DNA from: Pseudanabaena sp.
GTDB lineage: Bacteria > Cyanobacteriota > Cyanobacteriia > Pseudanabaenales > Pseudanabaenaceae
Length of the DNA stretch: 64,000 nucleotides
Reading direction: 5' to 3'
Assembly (NCBI GenBank): GCA_044354985.1
Contig: JBIKYZ010000002.1
Location: 2,324-66,323, forward strand
This document shows positions 20,002 to 28,786 of this stretch, one piece after another (the stretch's first letter is position 1; each line of letters begins with the position of its first letter). The notes beneath the pieces were generated by a model. The model was not told the origin of the DNA. It was given only the letters and a program-made list of their open reading frames with translations, and searched no databases. The position numbers and the translations under genes were made by a program.

Positions 20002-21936
20002 TCATGGCAAACAATTAAGAGTTGATTTTGTAGAGATGCCAGTCTCAGCAGCATTGCCAGAAGCTAGAGAGCAGAAATATTGGCGGATATTAGGCGCAAG
20101 ATTTACAACATTGGTAAAATCTGCGGCTTCGATACTGCCAATATTCTCAACGATCGCATTGCGAAAATTTGCCCCATTAAAATTTGTCCCCGCAAACTCG
20201 ATCAAAATTAGCTTTGATGCTGTTAGATTAGCCAAACTTAGATTTGCATTAGAGAGATTGGTCAAATGTAGTTCCGCCGATCGCAAATCTGAGGCGGACA
20301 AATTGGCTTCATCTAAGATCGCTTCACTCAAATTAGCTGCACTTAAATTACTCTCACTCAGATTAGCCTTAACTAAATTGGCTTTGCGAAGGTTAGCAAG
20401 CAATAAATTTGATCCCTTGAGATTCGCGGAATTGAGATCAGCTTCACTGAGATTTGCTCTCATTAGCTCTGCTTTTGGTAAAAGCGCTGAGACTAACTTC
20501 GACTGTGATAAGTTTGCCCGCAATAAATTTGCTTGAGATAAATTTGCTTCGGTCAGATTAGAAAAAGCTAAGTTAGCATCAACAAGACTAGCGTTACTAA
20601 GATCTGCGCCTCGGAGATCGACTTTAACGATCTTTGCACCATTCAAATTCGCATTTTTGAAAATGACTTGGCGCAAATCTACGCGCTCTAAAACAGAACC
20701 GCTGAGGTTAATATTGCTAAAGTCCTGACCTTGTAAGCGATCGCCTTGAATTCCTGTCAACTGCACATAGCGAAAATCACGCTGACCTTCGGCATATTTA
20801 GCTTGTAAAGTTGCGGCTGTGATTGGGATTAATTTTGGGGGTGCTACAGCAACTGGAGTGGGGGCATTTATTGGAGAAGGAGAACTTACTGGTAAATTAG
20901 TGGGAGTGTTAGTTCCTATAGGCTGAGGTTGCGATGGAGTATTTTTCGCCAGCCAAAAAATAATCCCTACAAGCCCTAAAGCTGCTATTCCCAACGCTAA
21001 AAATATCTTGTATTGCTTAAAAAATATAGGTTTTTCTTTGCGTGATGGCTGATCAGACTGGGCTTGCTGATCCTTGCCATGACATCGGCGGATCAGGCGA
21101 TCGCACAATTCACGGGTTTCATCATCAGGGATATTGGAGATCGACTGAAATACTGGAGACAACTCAGGCTCTTGAAAATCGTTTTGCCGAAAAATCAAAT
21201 TTTTATTGTCTTCATGAAATGTCTCCCAAAGATTTGGCTGACTTGCGAGAGCTCGAAGTGATAAGGAAATTACCGCAAAAGAAAATTCATCAAGGCGATC
21301 TCCAAAGTCCTTAGAAGAGCGCATAGGGGGCTGATAATTGGGATGTCCCACTTCAAGGGGCGGAGCACCTCGCAATGCGGGGACGTACATTCCGTCATAG
21401 TCAACAAGCTTTAGCTCTCCCTCAGAGTCAACCATGATATTCCCATGCTGCAAATCGCCATGGGCGATCCCCACCTTTTGCAGATCTTTTTGCAGTTGTT
21501 TCAATTGCCGATCTAAACGCAATAAAACTTGCGAATCGTCAATATGTTCGCCAATATAACGATCTATTTCTGCGCCTTGCACCCAATCCATTTTCAAAAT
21601 CGGATACCATTCGCCTTTGACGAGAATTCCTTGCATCAGGAACTCGAAATCGACTAAGTAAGGAATTTGATGTTGGCTGAGATATTCGCTGATTAACTTG
21701 TATCGCTGCTGTACATCTGATTGAGGAATCCTCGTAAAGCAACGCACTGCCCAAGAACGATTCCCCTTAGTTAGCTTGTAGACAGTGGCAAAGTTTCCCG
21801 ACCATAACAAGACTCGCCCCCGTGAATTTTTGGCAGTGCTTGACTGCTTAAGTTCAGGATCGACAAAGCAGAGATGCGGATTTTGCACCGCGATCGTAAA
21901 GTCGATGTTTAAGGGCCAAGCTTGAATATCTGTCAT
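20002..21936 (-). CDS. Atypical Ser/Thr protein kinase - TM - pentapeptide-repeat protein
   Basis: Kinase-like N-terminus (GNFATVYK, catalytic HGDLQHGNIMV, DYDGM), a Pro-rich linker and one TM segment (IFLALGIAALGLVGIIFWL). The C-terminal ~270 aa are A(N/D)LSx pentapeptide repeats. Confidence 0.8.
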   Translation of the reverse strand: MTDIQAWPLNIDFTIAVQNPHLCFVDPELKQSSTAKNSRGRVLLWSGNFATVYKLTKGNRSWAVRCFTRIPQSDVQQRYKLISEYLSQHQIPYLVDFEFLMQGILVKGEWYPILKMDWVQGAEIDRYIGEHIDDSQVLLRLDRQLKQLQKDLQKVGIAHGDLQHGNIMVDSEGELKLVDYDGMYVPALRGAPPLEVGHPNYQPPMRSSKDFGDRLDEFSFAVISLSLRALASQPNLWETFHEDNKNLIFRQNDFQEPELSPVFQSISNIPDDETRELCDRLIRRCHGKDQQAQSDQPSRKEKPIFFKQYKIFLALGIAALGLVGIIFWLAKNTPSQPQPIGTNTPTNLPVSSPSPINAPTPVAVAPPKLIPITAATLQAKYAEGQRDFRYVQLTGIQGDRLQGQDFSNINLSGSVLERVDLRQVIFKNANLNGAKIVKVDLRGADLSNASLVDANLAFSNLTEANLSQANLLRANLSQSKLVSALLPKAELMRANLSEADLNSANLKGSNLLLANLRKANLVKANLSESNLSAANLSEAILDEANLSASDLRSAELHLTNLSNANLSLANLTASKLILIEFAGTNFNGANFRNAIVENIGSIEAADFTNVVNLAPNIRQYFCSLASGNAAETGISTKSTLNCLP

Positions 21937-22778
21937 GACTCACAATGCACTTCGGTTGCATCCTGAATTTTGAGGCATAGCAAGGTTGTATCATCGTTGG
22001 CTATTTCATAGCGATCGCGCAATTCAGTCACCCACTTTGCAAACAAATCTTGTGTCTTGATCTGTTCTAATTTTACCCAAGGATCTTGGTTTGATTCTAT
22101 TTGCTTAAAAATCCAACAGGCGATCGCGTCGGTCGCCAAATAAAAGTAATCTCCGCATTTTGCAACTCCATGAATTTGCAAAATATTAATATTTGCCGCC
22201 TTTACATTGGTTCCGATCAGTCTTGGACGATTATTAAATTCATGGCTTTTTTGCAAAGGAAAACTTTTTTGCAAGGTGCGATCGCGCACTACAAACAAGC
22301 AAGAATCTCCCACAGCCAGAGATTTCCAACTTAAATCCGCAAAAACTTCTAAGCTCACAAAAGTCGCAAAAGCCCCTTCTCCAGCCTTACGTTTGGCAAA
22401 CCAAGACAAATCTTGTTGTCCTAACCATTGCTGCCAAGTTGCTTGTAATGGTAATAGCCAAGTTGTGGCACAAGCATAAACCTCTTGCCAAGGCAACTGG
22501 CGATCTGTAAAAGCCGTAACTAAAGCCCTTGCCCATTCTTGCGTAAAGGAAGACTCGGTTGCTCCATCCGACAATGCAATCGACATTATGGGATTACGTT
22601 GTACACAATCCCAAATATCTTCACATTCGGAGATCGCATTGCCTGCTTTCTGTACTGAAAAACCTTGAATAAGCTCAACGCCAAACCGTGATTTTTTTGT
22701 TTCTAAATCTTGCAAATTAGTTTTGGCAGATAAATCATATAAACTGCGATCGCCATATTTGCGATTAGTGGCAGCCAT
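21933..22778 (-). CDS. PP2C-like (PP2C_2 type) protein phosphatase domain protein
   Basis: ALSDGATES..., LAVGDSCLFVV and YLATDAIACW motifs. ATGA overlap with the downstream kinase gene. The longest ORF starts at 22901, but that start abuts the ycf54 terminators, so Met42 (22778) is preferred. Confidence 0.6.
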   Translation of the reverse strand: MAATNRKYGDRSLYDLSAKTNLQDLETKKSRFGVELIQGFSVQKAGNAISECEDIWDCVQRNPIMSIALSDGATESSFTQEWARALVTAFTDRQLPWQEVYACATTWLLPLQATWQQWLGQQDLSWFAKRKAGEGAFATFVSLEVFADLSWKSLAVGDSCLFVVRDRTLQKSFPLQKSHEFNNRPRLIGTNVKAANINILQIHGVAKCGDYFYLATDAIACWIFKQIESNQDPWVKLEQIKTQDLFAKWVTELRDRYEIANDDTTLLCLKIQDATEVHCES

Positions 22779-22954
22779 CAACTTAAACCCAAAATTTGCA
22801 TACCCATATTGGGAATGCAATCCAGAACAAGAATTATTGCAAAAGTATCTAAACACGATATCTGTGGTGATCGGCAATTTGATCAGCAAATTCAAGGTCA
22901 CACCTTAGCACATTAATCTAATAGAAAAGCCGCCAAATGGCGGCTTTTCTTATC

Positions 22955-22988
22955 AAAAAATAGAGCGTGCTTAGCACGCTCTATTTTT
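22955..22988 (-). terminator. ycf54 terminator, first of two tandem hairpins (second at 22925-22948)
   Basis: AAAAATAGAGCGTGCTTAGCACGCTCTATTTTT lies directly after the ycf54 stop. AAAAGCCGCC-AAAT-GGCGGCTTTT follows. Confidence 0.7.
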
Positions 22989-22989
22989 A

Positions 22990-23331
22990 TTATGCAATAG
23001 CTAAAGATGCTAAAGCATCTGCAATTGAGGCGCTCGGCGCTGTAAATTCACCCGTCACAACAAATTCAAGCCTTAGCTTTAGCCAACGCATTGTATTTGG
23101 ATCAGTTGTGATAATTGCCGCCGCAGGCTGGGGAATTTGTTTTTTAATACTTGCCATCTCAGGCGTTTCCAAAAAAGCAGGCTGCTCAATTAACCAAAAA
23201 TTAATTTCCTTATTGCGTGCTTCAAAATTGCGCCGACGCTCCGATAGGGTTTCACCCAAAGGTTTCCCTTCGTCTTCGCATAGGTACTTACGGCTAGCAG
23301 CCACAAAATAATATTGCTTTGAGTCTGACAT
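22990..23331 (-). CDS. ycf54: Ycf54 (Mg-protoporphyrin monomethyl ester cyclase complex factor)
   Basis: YYFVAASRKYLCEDE...LSERRRNFEARNKEINFWLIEQPAFLETPE...WLKLRLEFVVTGEF closely parallels Ycf54/Slr1780 as I recall it. Start chosen at MSDSKQ; the longest ORF reaches 23349. Confidence 0.8.
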   Translation of the reverse strand: MSDSKQYYFVAASRKYLCEDEGKPLGETLSERRRNFEARNKEINFWLIEQPAFLETPEMASIKKQIPQPAAAIITTDPNTMRWLKLRLEFVVTGEFTAPSASIADALASLAIA

Positions 23332-23395
23332 AAATTTTTTTCTTAACAAGGTAATAGCTTGTAAAGCCAGATCTATGTTAACGCTTATTTAACTT

Positions 23396-23526
23396 CAGCA
23401 ATTCTCATTATAAAAACCGGTTTTTTGAAAGCTCACCTTAGGTGAGCTTTCAAAAAACCGATTTTGTTGTTTCCAGCGCCGAAGGCGCTGGAAACAACAA
23501 AATCGGTTTCATAATGAGAATTGCTG
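23396..23526. mobile_element. MITE with ~24-bp terminal inverted repeats and a 9-bp target-site duplication
   Basis: 5' CAGCAATTCTCATTATAAAAACCG ... CGGTTTCATAATGAGAATTGCTG 3', with two internal perfect hairpins. It is flanked by ATTTAACTT at 23387-23395 and 23527-23535, and the right copy contains the stop codon of the HAD gene. Confidence 0.75.
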
Positions 23527-23528
23527 AT

Positions 23529-24344
23529 TTAACTTATAGAACTTTGCAATAGATTAAACTGTGACGTTAGTTCTAGAACATTATTTAAAACAAGATCAGC
23601 CCCATTTTGTCTGAGCAACGCTGCATAGCGATCGCGTAAATTTTGACTCACATGGGGAGGAATCACACCAACTGCAAAATATTGATAACTAGGATCATAA
23701 ATCTTCGCCTTAACGACCGTCAGCATATCCGCTACCGTATCACCGATGTAGACAACAATAGTTGCAGATTTATCCTGTCTGAGTTCAATTTGCTTCACAG
23801 CAAGTAAAAGTCCCGTAGGATCTGGTTTACCCGCTGCGTCTTCCATAGCAATCAATACAGGAGAGTCTATTTCTAAACGCTGCAAAACATAACTAGCTGA
23901 AGCCCTTGTCGCACCACTAAAAAATCCCCAGCCAATCCCTGCGATCGTCAAATCCCGAAAATATTCCGTTGTCGCGATCAACGGCTCCGTCGCAATATAT
24001 CCATCTGACCAGTCAGAATTCCTACCCCGATAACGACCCTGAAAGAATTCCACAATTGTTTCATAGGATATTGCGACCTCCTTCCCTAGACCTTGAAAAT
24101 ATCGCTTAATCAACTCCTGTGAAGCTTCCCAGTCATTATTCCAAATTCCTTCAGCTTTTAACTCGTCGATTTCCTCTGGGGTAGGACGATAATCTGCATT
24201 TGAAAAATATTCAACCGTATCTGCTAGTGCTCGGCGATAAGAACCCGATACATCGCGAATCACGCCATCAATATCAAACACAAAAATACTTGTGTTTAAT
24301 AGATTTAAATCAACTTTAGAGGTTTCAATCATGTTATATTGCAA
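23529..24344 (-). CDS. HAD-superfamily hydrolase
   Basis: Motif I FVFDIDGVIRD and motif IV-like YIGDTVADM. 271 aa. Confidence 0.7.
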   Translation of the reverse strand: MQYNMIETSKVDLNLLNTSIFVFDIDGVIRDVSGSYRRALADTVEYFSNADYRPTPEEIDELKAEGIWNNDWEASQELIKRYFQGLGKEVAISYETIVEFFQGRYRGRNSDWSDGYIATEPLIATTEYFRDLTIAGIGWGFFSGATRASASYVLQRLEIDSPVLIAMEDAAGKPDPTGLLLAVKQIELRQDKSATIVVYIGDTVADMLTVVKAKIYDPSYQYFAVGVIPPHVSQNLRDRYAALLRQNGADLVLNNVLELTSQFNLLQSSIS

Positions 24345-24392
24345 GATCGCTACTTTAATATGTAATTTAACTTTTCTTGGAGGTAGGTAGCA

Positions 24393-24692
24393 TTGTCCCA
24401 GTTTATTCTAAAAATCTTATGGTTAGAAAATAATGTAGCTCTTGCTGTCGATCAAGTCGTTGGCAAAGGTTTCAGCCCTCTCACCAAATATTTCTTTTGG
24501 CCCCGTGATGATGCTTGGGATCAACTTAAAACAGAAATGGAAAGCAAGCCTTGGATTGCTGATCAAGATCGAATTGAAATTTTAAATAAGGCAACCGAAG
24601 TAATTAATTACTGGCAACAAGAGGGTAAAAACCGCCCCATGACAGAAGCTCAAGGTAAATTCCCTGATGTCATATTTACTGGTAGTAACTAG
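24393..24692 (+). CDS. ycf65: 30S ribosomal protein PSRP-3 / Ycf65
   Basis: [52 protein letters not shown] is the Ycf65 signature. Confidence 0.85.
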   Translation: MSQFILKILWLENNVALAVDQVVGKGFSPLTKYFFWPRDDAWDQLKTEMESKPWIADQDRIEILNKATEVINYWQQEGKNRPMTEAQGKFPDVIFTGSN

Positions 24693-24711
24693 TAATTATC
24701 GCGAAAGTCAC

Positions 24712-24749
24712 AAAAAGAAAGGCAGTGCTTAGCACTGCCTTTCTTTTTT
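24712..24749. terminator. Hairpin terminator after ycf65
   Basis: AAAAAGAAAGGCAGTGCTTAGCACTGCCTTTCTTTTTT. Confidence 0.65.
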
Positions 24750-24885
24750 GGGATAAGATGCGACAAACTGCCTCTTATGCCAAAACACAAAATGTCGTAG
24801 CCATTTTGTGTTTTTTAAACCCTTACAGAGTTTGATTTTTAATTCACAAAAGTGTTGTCACACTTTTGTGAATTAGTATTATTGG

Positions 24886-26277
24886 TTATTTGTCGAGATC
24901 AGGCATGGAAAGTACAGCCTCAGTCTTACGGTCAATACCCTTCTCAAATCCAGCAACAGCTGCGCGAGCGCGACCAGCGTGCCATAGGTGACCAACTAAG
25001 AACATGAAGGACAATACGAAGTGCGAAGTAGACAACCAAGAACGAGGAGAAACAAAGTTTACCGCATTGATTTCAGTGATAACACCACCAACTGAGTTCA
25101 AGGAACCCAAAGGAGCGTGGGTCATGTACTCAGCAGCGCGACGAACTTGCCAAGGTTGAACATCATTTTTAAGCTTATCAATGTCTAAACCGCTAGGTCC
25201 ACGAAGAGGCTCCAACCAAGGACCACGGAAATCCCAGAAACGCATGGTTTCACCACCGAAGATGATTTCGCCCGAAGGAGAACGCATCAGGTACTTACCT
25301 AAGCCAGTAGGACCTTGAGAAGTTGCAATGTTTGCACCTAGCTTTTGGTCACGGACAAGATATGTAAATGCTTGAGACTGAGAAGCTTCGGCAGCAGTAG
25401 GACCAAAGAATTCGCTAGGATAAACGGTGTTGTTAAACCATACAAAGCAAGTTGCAATGAAAGCCATGAAGCTCAATGCACCAAGACTGTAAGAGAGATA
25501 AGCTTCACCAGACCAAACAAGGGCGCGACGAGCCCAACCGAAAGGTTTGGTAAGGATATGCCAAATACCGCCACTAATACAGATCAAACCGATCCAAATA
25601 TGCCCACCAACTACATCTTCAAGATTGTCAACGCCAATAATGTTTCCTTCGCCGCCAAAGGGTGAATTGAAAACATAGCCAAATATGACAACAGGATTGA
25701 TCGTTGGGTTGGTGATTACACGTACATCGCCACCACCAGGTGCCCATGTATCGTAGAGACCACCAAAGAACATAGCCTTAAATACGAGTAGCAATGCACC
25801 GCAACCCAATATTATCAGGTGATACCCGATAATATTGGTCATTTGGTTCTTGTCTTTCCAGTCGTAACCAAAGAATGAAGAATAGTTTTCTAAGACTTCA
25901 GGTCCACGCAAGGCATGGTAAGTTCCACCAAAACCAAGTACAGCCGAAGAAATAAGGTGTAAAACACCAACCACGAAGTAAGGGAAAATATCTACAACTT
26001 CACCACCAGCACCAACGCCCCAGCCTTGAGTTGCCATGTGAGGAAGAAGGATAAAGCCTTGCTCGTACATTGGCTTTTCGGGAATAAAGTGCGCGACTTC
26101 AAACAAAGTCATTGCGCCAGCCCAGAATACGATCAAACCGGCGTGAGCTACGTGAGCGCCCAGCAGTTTGCCAGAAAGGTTAATGAGTCTTGCGTTACCA
26201 GACCACCAAGCAAAGCCCGATGTATCTTGTGTACGTCCACCCACTCCTAGCGAGTTTAAGTTAATGGTCGTCGTCAC
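24886..26277 (-). CDS. psbC: Photosystem II CP43 reaction-centre protein
   Basis: [34 protein letters not shown] and [24 protein letters not shown] start. 463 aa. Confidence 0.97.
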   Translation of the reverse strand: MTTTINLNSLGVGGRTQDTSGFAWWSGNARLINLSGKLLGAHVAHAGLIVFWAGAMTLFEVAHFIPEKPMYEQGFILLPHMATQGWGVGAGGEVVDIFPYFVVGVLHLISSAVLGFGGTYHALRGPEVLENYSSFFGYDWKDKNQMTNIIGYHLIILGCGALLLVFKAMFFGGLYDTWAPGGGDVRVITNPTINPVVIFGYVFNSPFGGEGNIIGVDNLEDVVGGHIWIGLICISGGIWHILTKPFGWARRALVWSGEAYLSYSLGALSFMAFIATCFVWFNNTVYPSEFFGPTAAEASQSQAFTYLVRDQKLGANIATSQGPTGLGKYLMRSPSGEIIFGGETMRFWDFRGPWLEPLRGPSGLDIDKLKNDVQPWQVRRAAEYMTHAPLGSLNSVGGVITEINAVNFVSPRSWLSTSHFVLSFMFLVGHLWHAGRARAAVAGFEKGIDRKTEAVLSMPDLDK

Positions 26278-26446
26278 GAGAGGTTATCTCCAGAAAACTT
26301 TTTATAGGTTTAAAGTGCAAATAATTTTTTAGCTATCAGAAATCAGCTTTTGTAGCTGAACAACGTCTAGAAGTTTGATGAGAATCATCATAATCTAAAA
26401 CCTAGTCGAACTGAGCTGATATCTGATAGCTAAGTAAGTTGTTACT

Positions 26447-26488
26447 AAAAGATTTTGTACAGCTTAAGTAAACTGTACAAAATCTTTT
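26447..26488 (-). terminator. Hairpin 12 nt downstream of psbD (terminator or processing stem)
   Basis: AAAAGATTTTGTACAG-(10 nt)-CTGTACAAAATCTTTT lies within the psbD-psbC spacer. Confidence 0.5.
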
Positions 26489-26500
26489 GAATTACGAAGA

Positions 26501-27568
26501 TTACAATGCGTTACCGCGAGGCAATACTTCTTCAGGGAAGATAAATCTTTCAGCTGGTTGGTCTTGAGGAGCCATCCAAGCACGGATACCCTCATTCAAA
26601 AGCAAGTTCTTGGTGTAGAAAGTTTCAAATTCAGGATCTTCTGCTGCACGAACTTCTTGAGATACGAAGTCATAGGCACGCAAGTTCAATGCTAATCCGA
26701 CAATACCAACGCTACTGAACCATAGTCCAGTTACTGGTACGAATAGCATAAAGAAGTGCAACCAACGCTTGTTGGAGAAAGCAATACCGAAGATTTGGCT
26801 CCAGAAGCGGTTAGCTGTAACCATGGAGTAAGTTTCTTCAGACTGAGTTGGGTTGAAAGCTTTGAAGGTGTTAGCGGTTTTACCATCGCCATCTTCAAAC
26901 AATGTGTTTTCAACGGTAGCACCGTGAATAGCACAGAGCAATGCTCCACCAAGGATACCTGCTACGCCCATCATATGGAAGGGATTCAGAGTCCAGTTGT
27001 GGAAACCTTGTAAGAATAAGATGAAGCGGAAGATGCCAGCTACGCCGAAGGTTGGGCCGAAGAACCAACCAGATTGACCCAATGGGTACATTAAGAATAC
27101 AGATACGAATACGGCGATAGGACCAGAAAATGCAATCGCATTATAAGGACGGATACCGACTAGACGAGCAATTTCAAACTGACGCAACATAAAGCCGATC
27201 AAGCCAAAAGCGCCATGAAGTGCTAGGAATGTCCATAGTCCTCCAATTTGGCACCAACGGGTGAAGTCGCCTTGTGCTTCAGGTCCCCATAGTAGTACTA
27301 AAGAATGTCCAACACTAAGAGGGGGAGATGATACTGCTACAGTGAGAATGTTACAGCCTTCTAGGAAGCTAGAAGCTAGTCCGTGGCTATACCAAGATGA
27401 TACGAATGTGATGCCTGTGAACCAGCCACCAACTGCTAAAAATGCGGTGGGGAATAGCAGTAAGCCACTCCAGCCGATGAATACAAATCTGTCGCGCTTT
27501 AGCCAGTCGTCGATGCTGTCAAACCAGCCTCTTTCGACTTCTTGCGACCTGCCCATTGCAATGGTCAT
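26501..27568 (-). CDS. psbD: Photosystem II D2 protein
   Basis: [49 protein letters not shown] and the C-terminal [11 protein letters not shown]. 355 aa. Confidence 0.97.
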   Translation of the reverse strand: MTIAMGRSQEVERGWFDSIDDWLKRDRFVFIGWSGLLLFPTAFLAVGGWFTGITFVSSWYSHGLASSFLEGCNILTVAVSSPPLSVGHSLVLLWGPEAQGDFTRWCQIGGLWTFLALHGAFGLIGFMLRQFEIARLVGIRPYNAIAFSGPIAVFVSVFLMYPLGQSGWFFGPTFGVAGIFRFILFLQGFHNWTLNPFHMMGVAGILGGALLCAIHGATVENTLFEDGDGKTANTFKAFNPTQSEETYSMVTANRFWSQIFGIAFSNKRWLHFFMLFVPVTGLWFSSVGIVGLALNLRAYDFVSQEVRAAEDPEFETFYTKNLLLNEGIRAWMAPQDQPAERFIFPEEVLPRGNAL

Positions 27569-27964
27569 AATTCTAAATCCTGCTTTAACTACTAGTATTT
27601 ATATGGATTTGAAATTAGCTTAACACATCTTTACGTTTGCCTTCTTACAAAATACTTAAGAGCTTCAAACCCTCTCTAGAAAAAGGTTTGAACCAATTCC
27701 ATAAAGTATATATATTCGACAACAAATCTTAAAAAAATGTTAAGGGTTGTTAGATATATCTCTTTGGAGATAGAGGTCAATAAATTAATATATTTAATTA
27801 ACAATATAGCAGGACTAAATCCAGTCATTCAAAAATGCTTTAAGGATCAAAGATTGATGCATTATTGAGTTCAATAGACTAAGCATTTACACTTAGTGAA
27901 CTCCAAGAAAAAATGATCTATATAAATCCCCAAGACATCAAGCACAAATTTTGTAGTACTTCTC

Positions 27965-27998
27965 ACAAAGGAATGCGATCGCGATCGCATTCCTTTGT
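27965..27998. repeat. 34-bp perfect palindrome centred on two overlapping HIP1 sites
   Basis: ACAAAGGAATGCGATCGCGATCGCATTCCTTTGT equals its own reverse complement. It lies in the divergent region between psbD and the pilin-like gene. Confidence 0.9.
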
Positions 27999-28045
27999 TC
28001 AACAACAGGGCAGTATTAGTTAAGTCCGCACAAGAGGTGATCATA

Positions 28046-28750
28046 ATGATTGGACAATCTAAGGCAAAGCAATCTGATGTAGAGCAAATAAATCTCCTAC
28101 TAGACAAAATACTATCTAATGCCATCGAACTCTCAGAAGTAGATGAGGAAACTAGTTTGCTTGCTGATTTGTCTCAAGAAGATACTGCGCCTCAAAAGGA
28201 GAAAAAATCTGGACAGCTATTTCGTTGGGCAATTTTCAGCTTGTTGGGTTTTGGGTTAGTTGCAATAGGAGCTACAGCATTTCTGGGAGTGTCATCAAGC
28301 TGCAAAAATAAGAGTCCTGAAGGTAGGACTTATTTAGGAGCTATAGGTAAAACACAACAAGCTTTTTGGCTAGAAAATAGAGCTTTTGGGCGATCAATTC
28401 CTGCTTTAGCAATTGGCATTAGCGAGGAGACAGAATCCTATAAGTATGATATATAAAGTTTTGAGCATGTTGCCTACCATTACGGTGTTCCCAAGAATGA
28501 CAATTTAGTAAGTTATGTTGGTGCAGTGTTTGTTATACCTGAAACAGATCAAACATCGCAGGGCTTAACCCAACAGACAAATCAAACATCAAGCACAAAG
28601 ACAATCTCCAAGACAATCTCCAAAAAGGATCTGACTACAGTCACGATTCTTTGTGCATCTTCCAAAATTGGTGTAAAGCAAAAGCTAGCAAATCCATTTC
28701 TCCAAAATGGGACTCCAACATGTGCTGAGGGTACTGTAGCGTTCAATTAG
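28046..28750 (+). pseudogene. Type IV pilin-like G/H-family protein interrupted by an in-frame TAA at 28454-28456
   Basis: ORFs 27995-28456 and 28526-28750 share a frame with no other stop between them. Joined, the sequence reads ...GAIGKTQQAFWLENRAFGRSI...ETESYKYDI*SFEHVAYHYGVPKNDNLVSYVGAVFVIPE...C...C. The ATG at 28046 follows an AGAGGTGA SD. Confidence 0.55.
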
Positions 28751-28786
28751 CTGTCTCACAAAACTAACTTATAAAGAGATTGACCG

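Noticed and set aside
19895-20536. 213-aa plus-strand ORF rich in KLA/SLR repeats
   Set aside because: It is the antisense reading of the pentapeptide-repeat region of the kinase gene. The repeat periodicity keeps the opposite strand open, and it has no independent coding signal.
24886-27568. Far-red-light (FaRLiP) paralogues as an explanation for the divergent psbD/psbC
   Set aside because: No allophycocyanin, psa, chlF/psbA4 or rfpABC genes are nearby. The flanking genes are ordinary (ycf65, pilin-like). Lineage divergence or a second ordinary copy is more likely.
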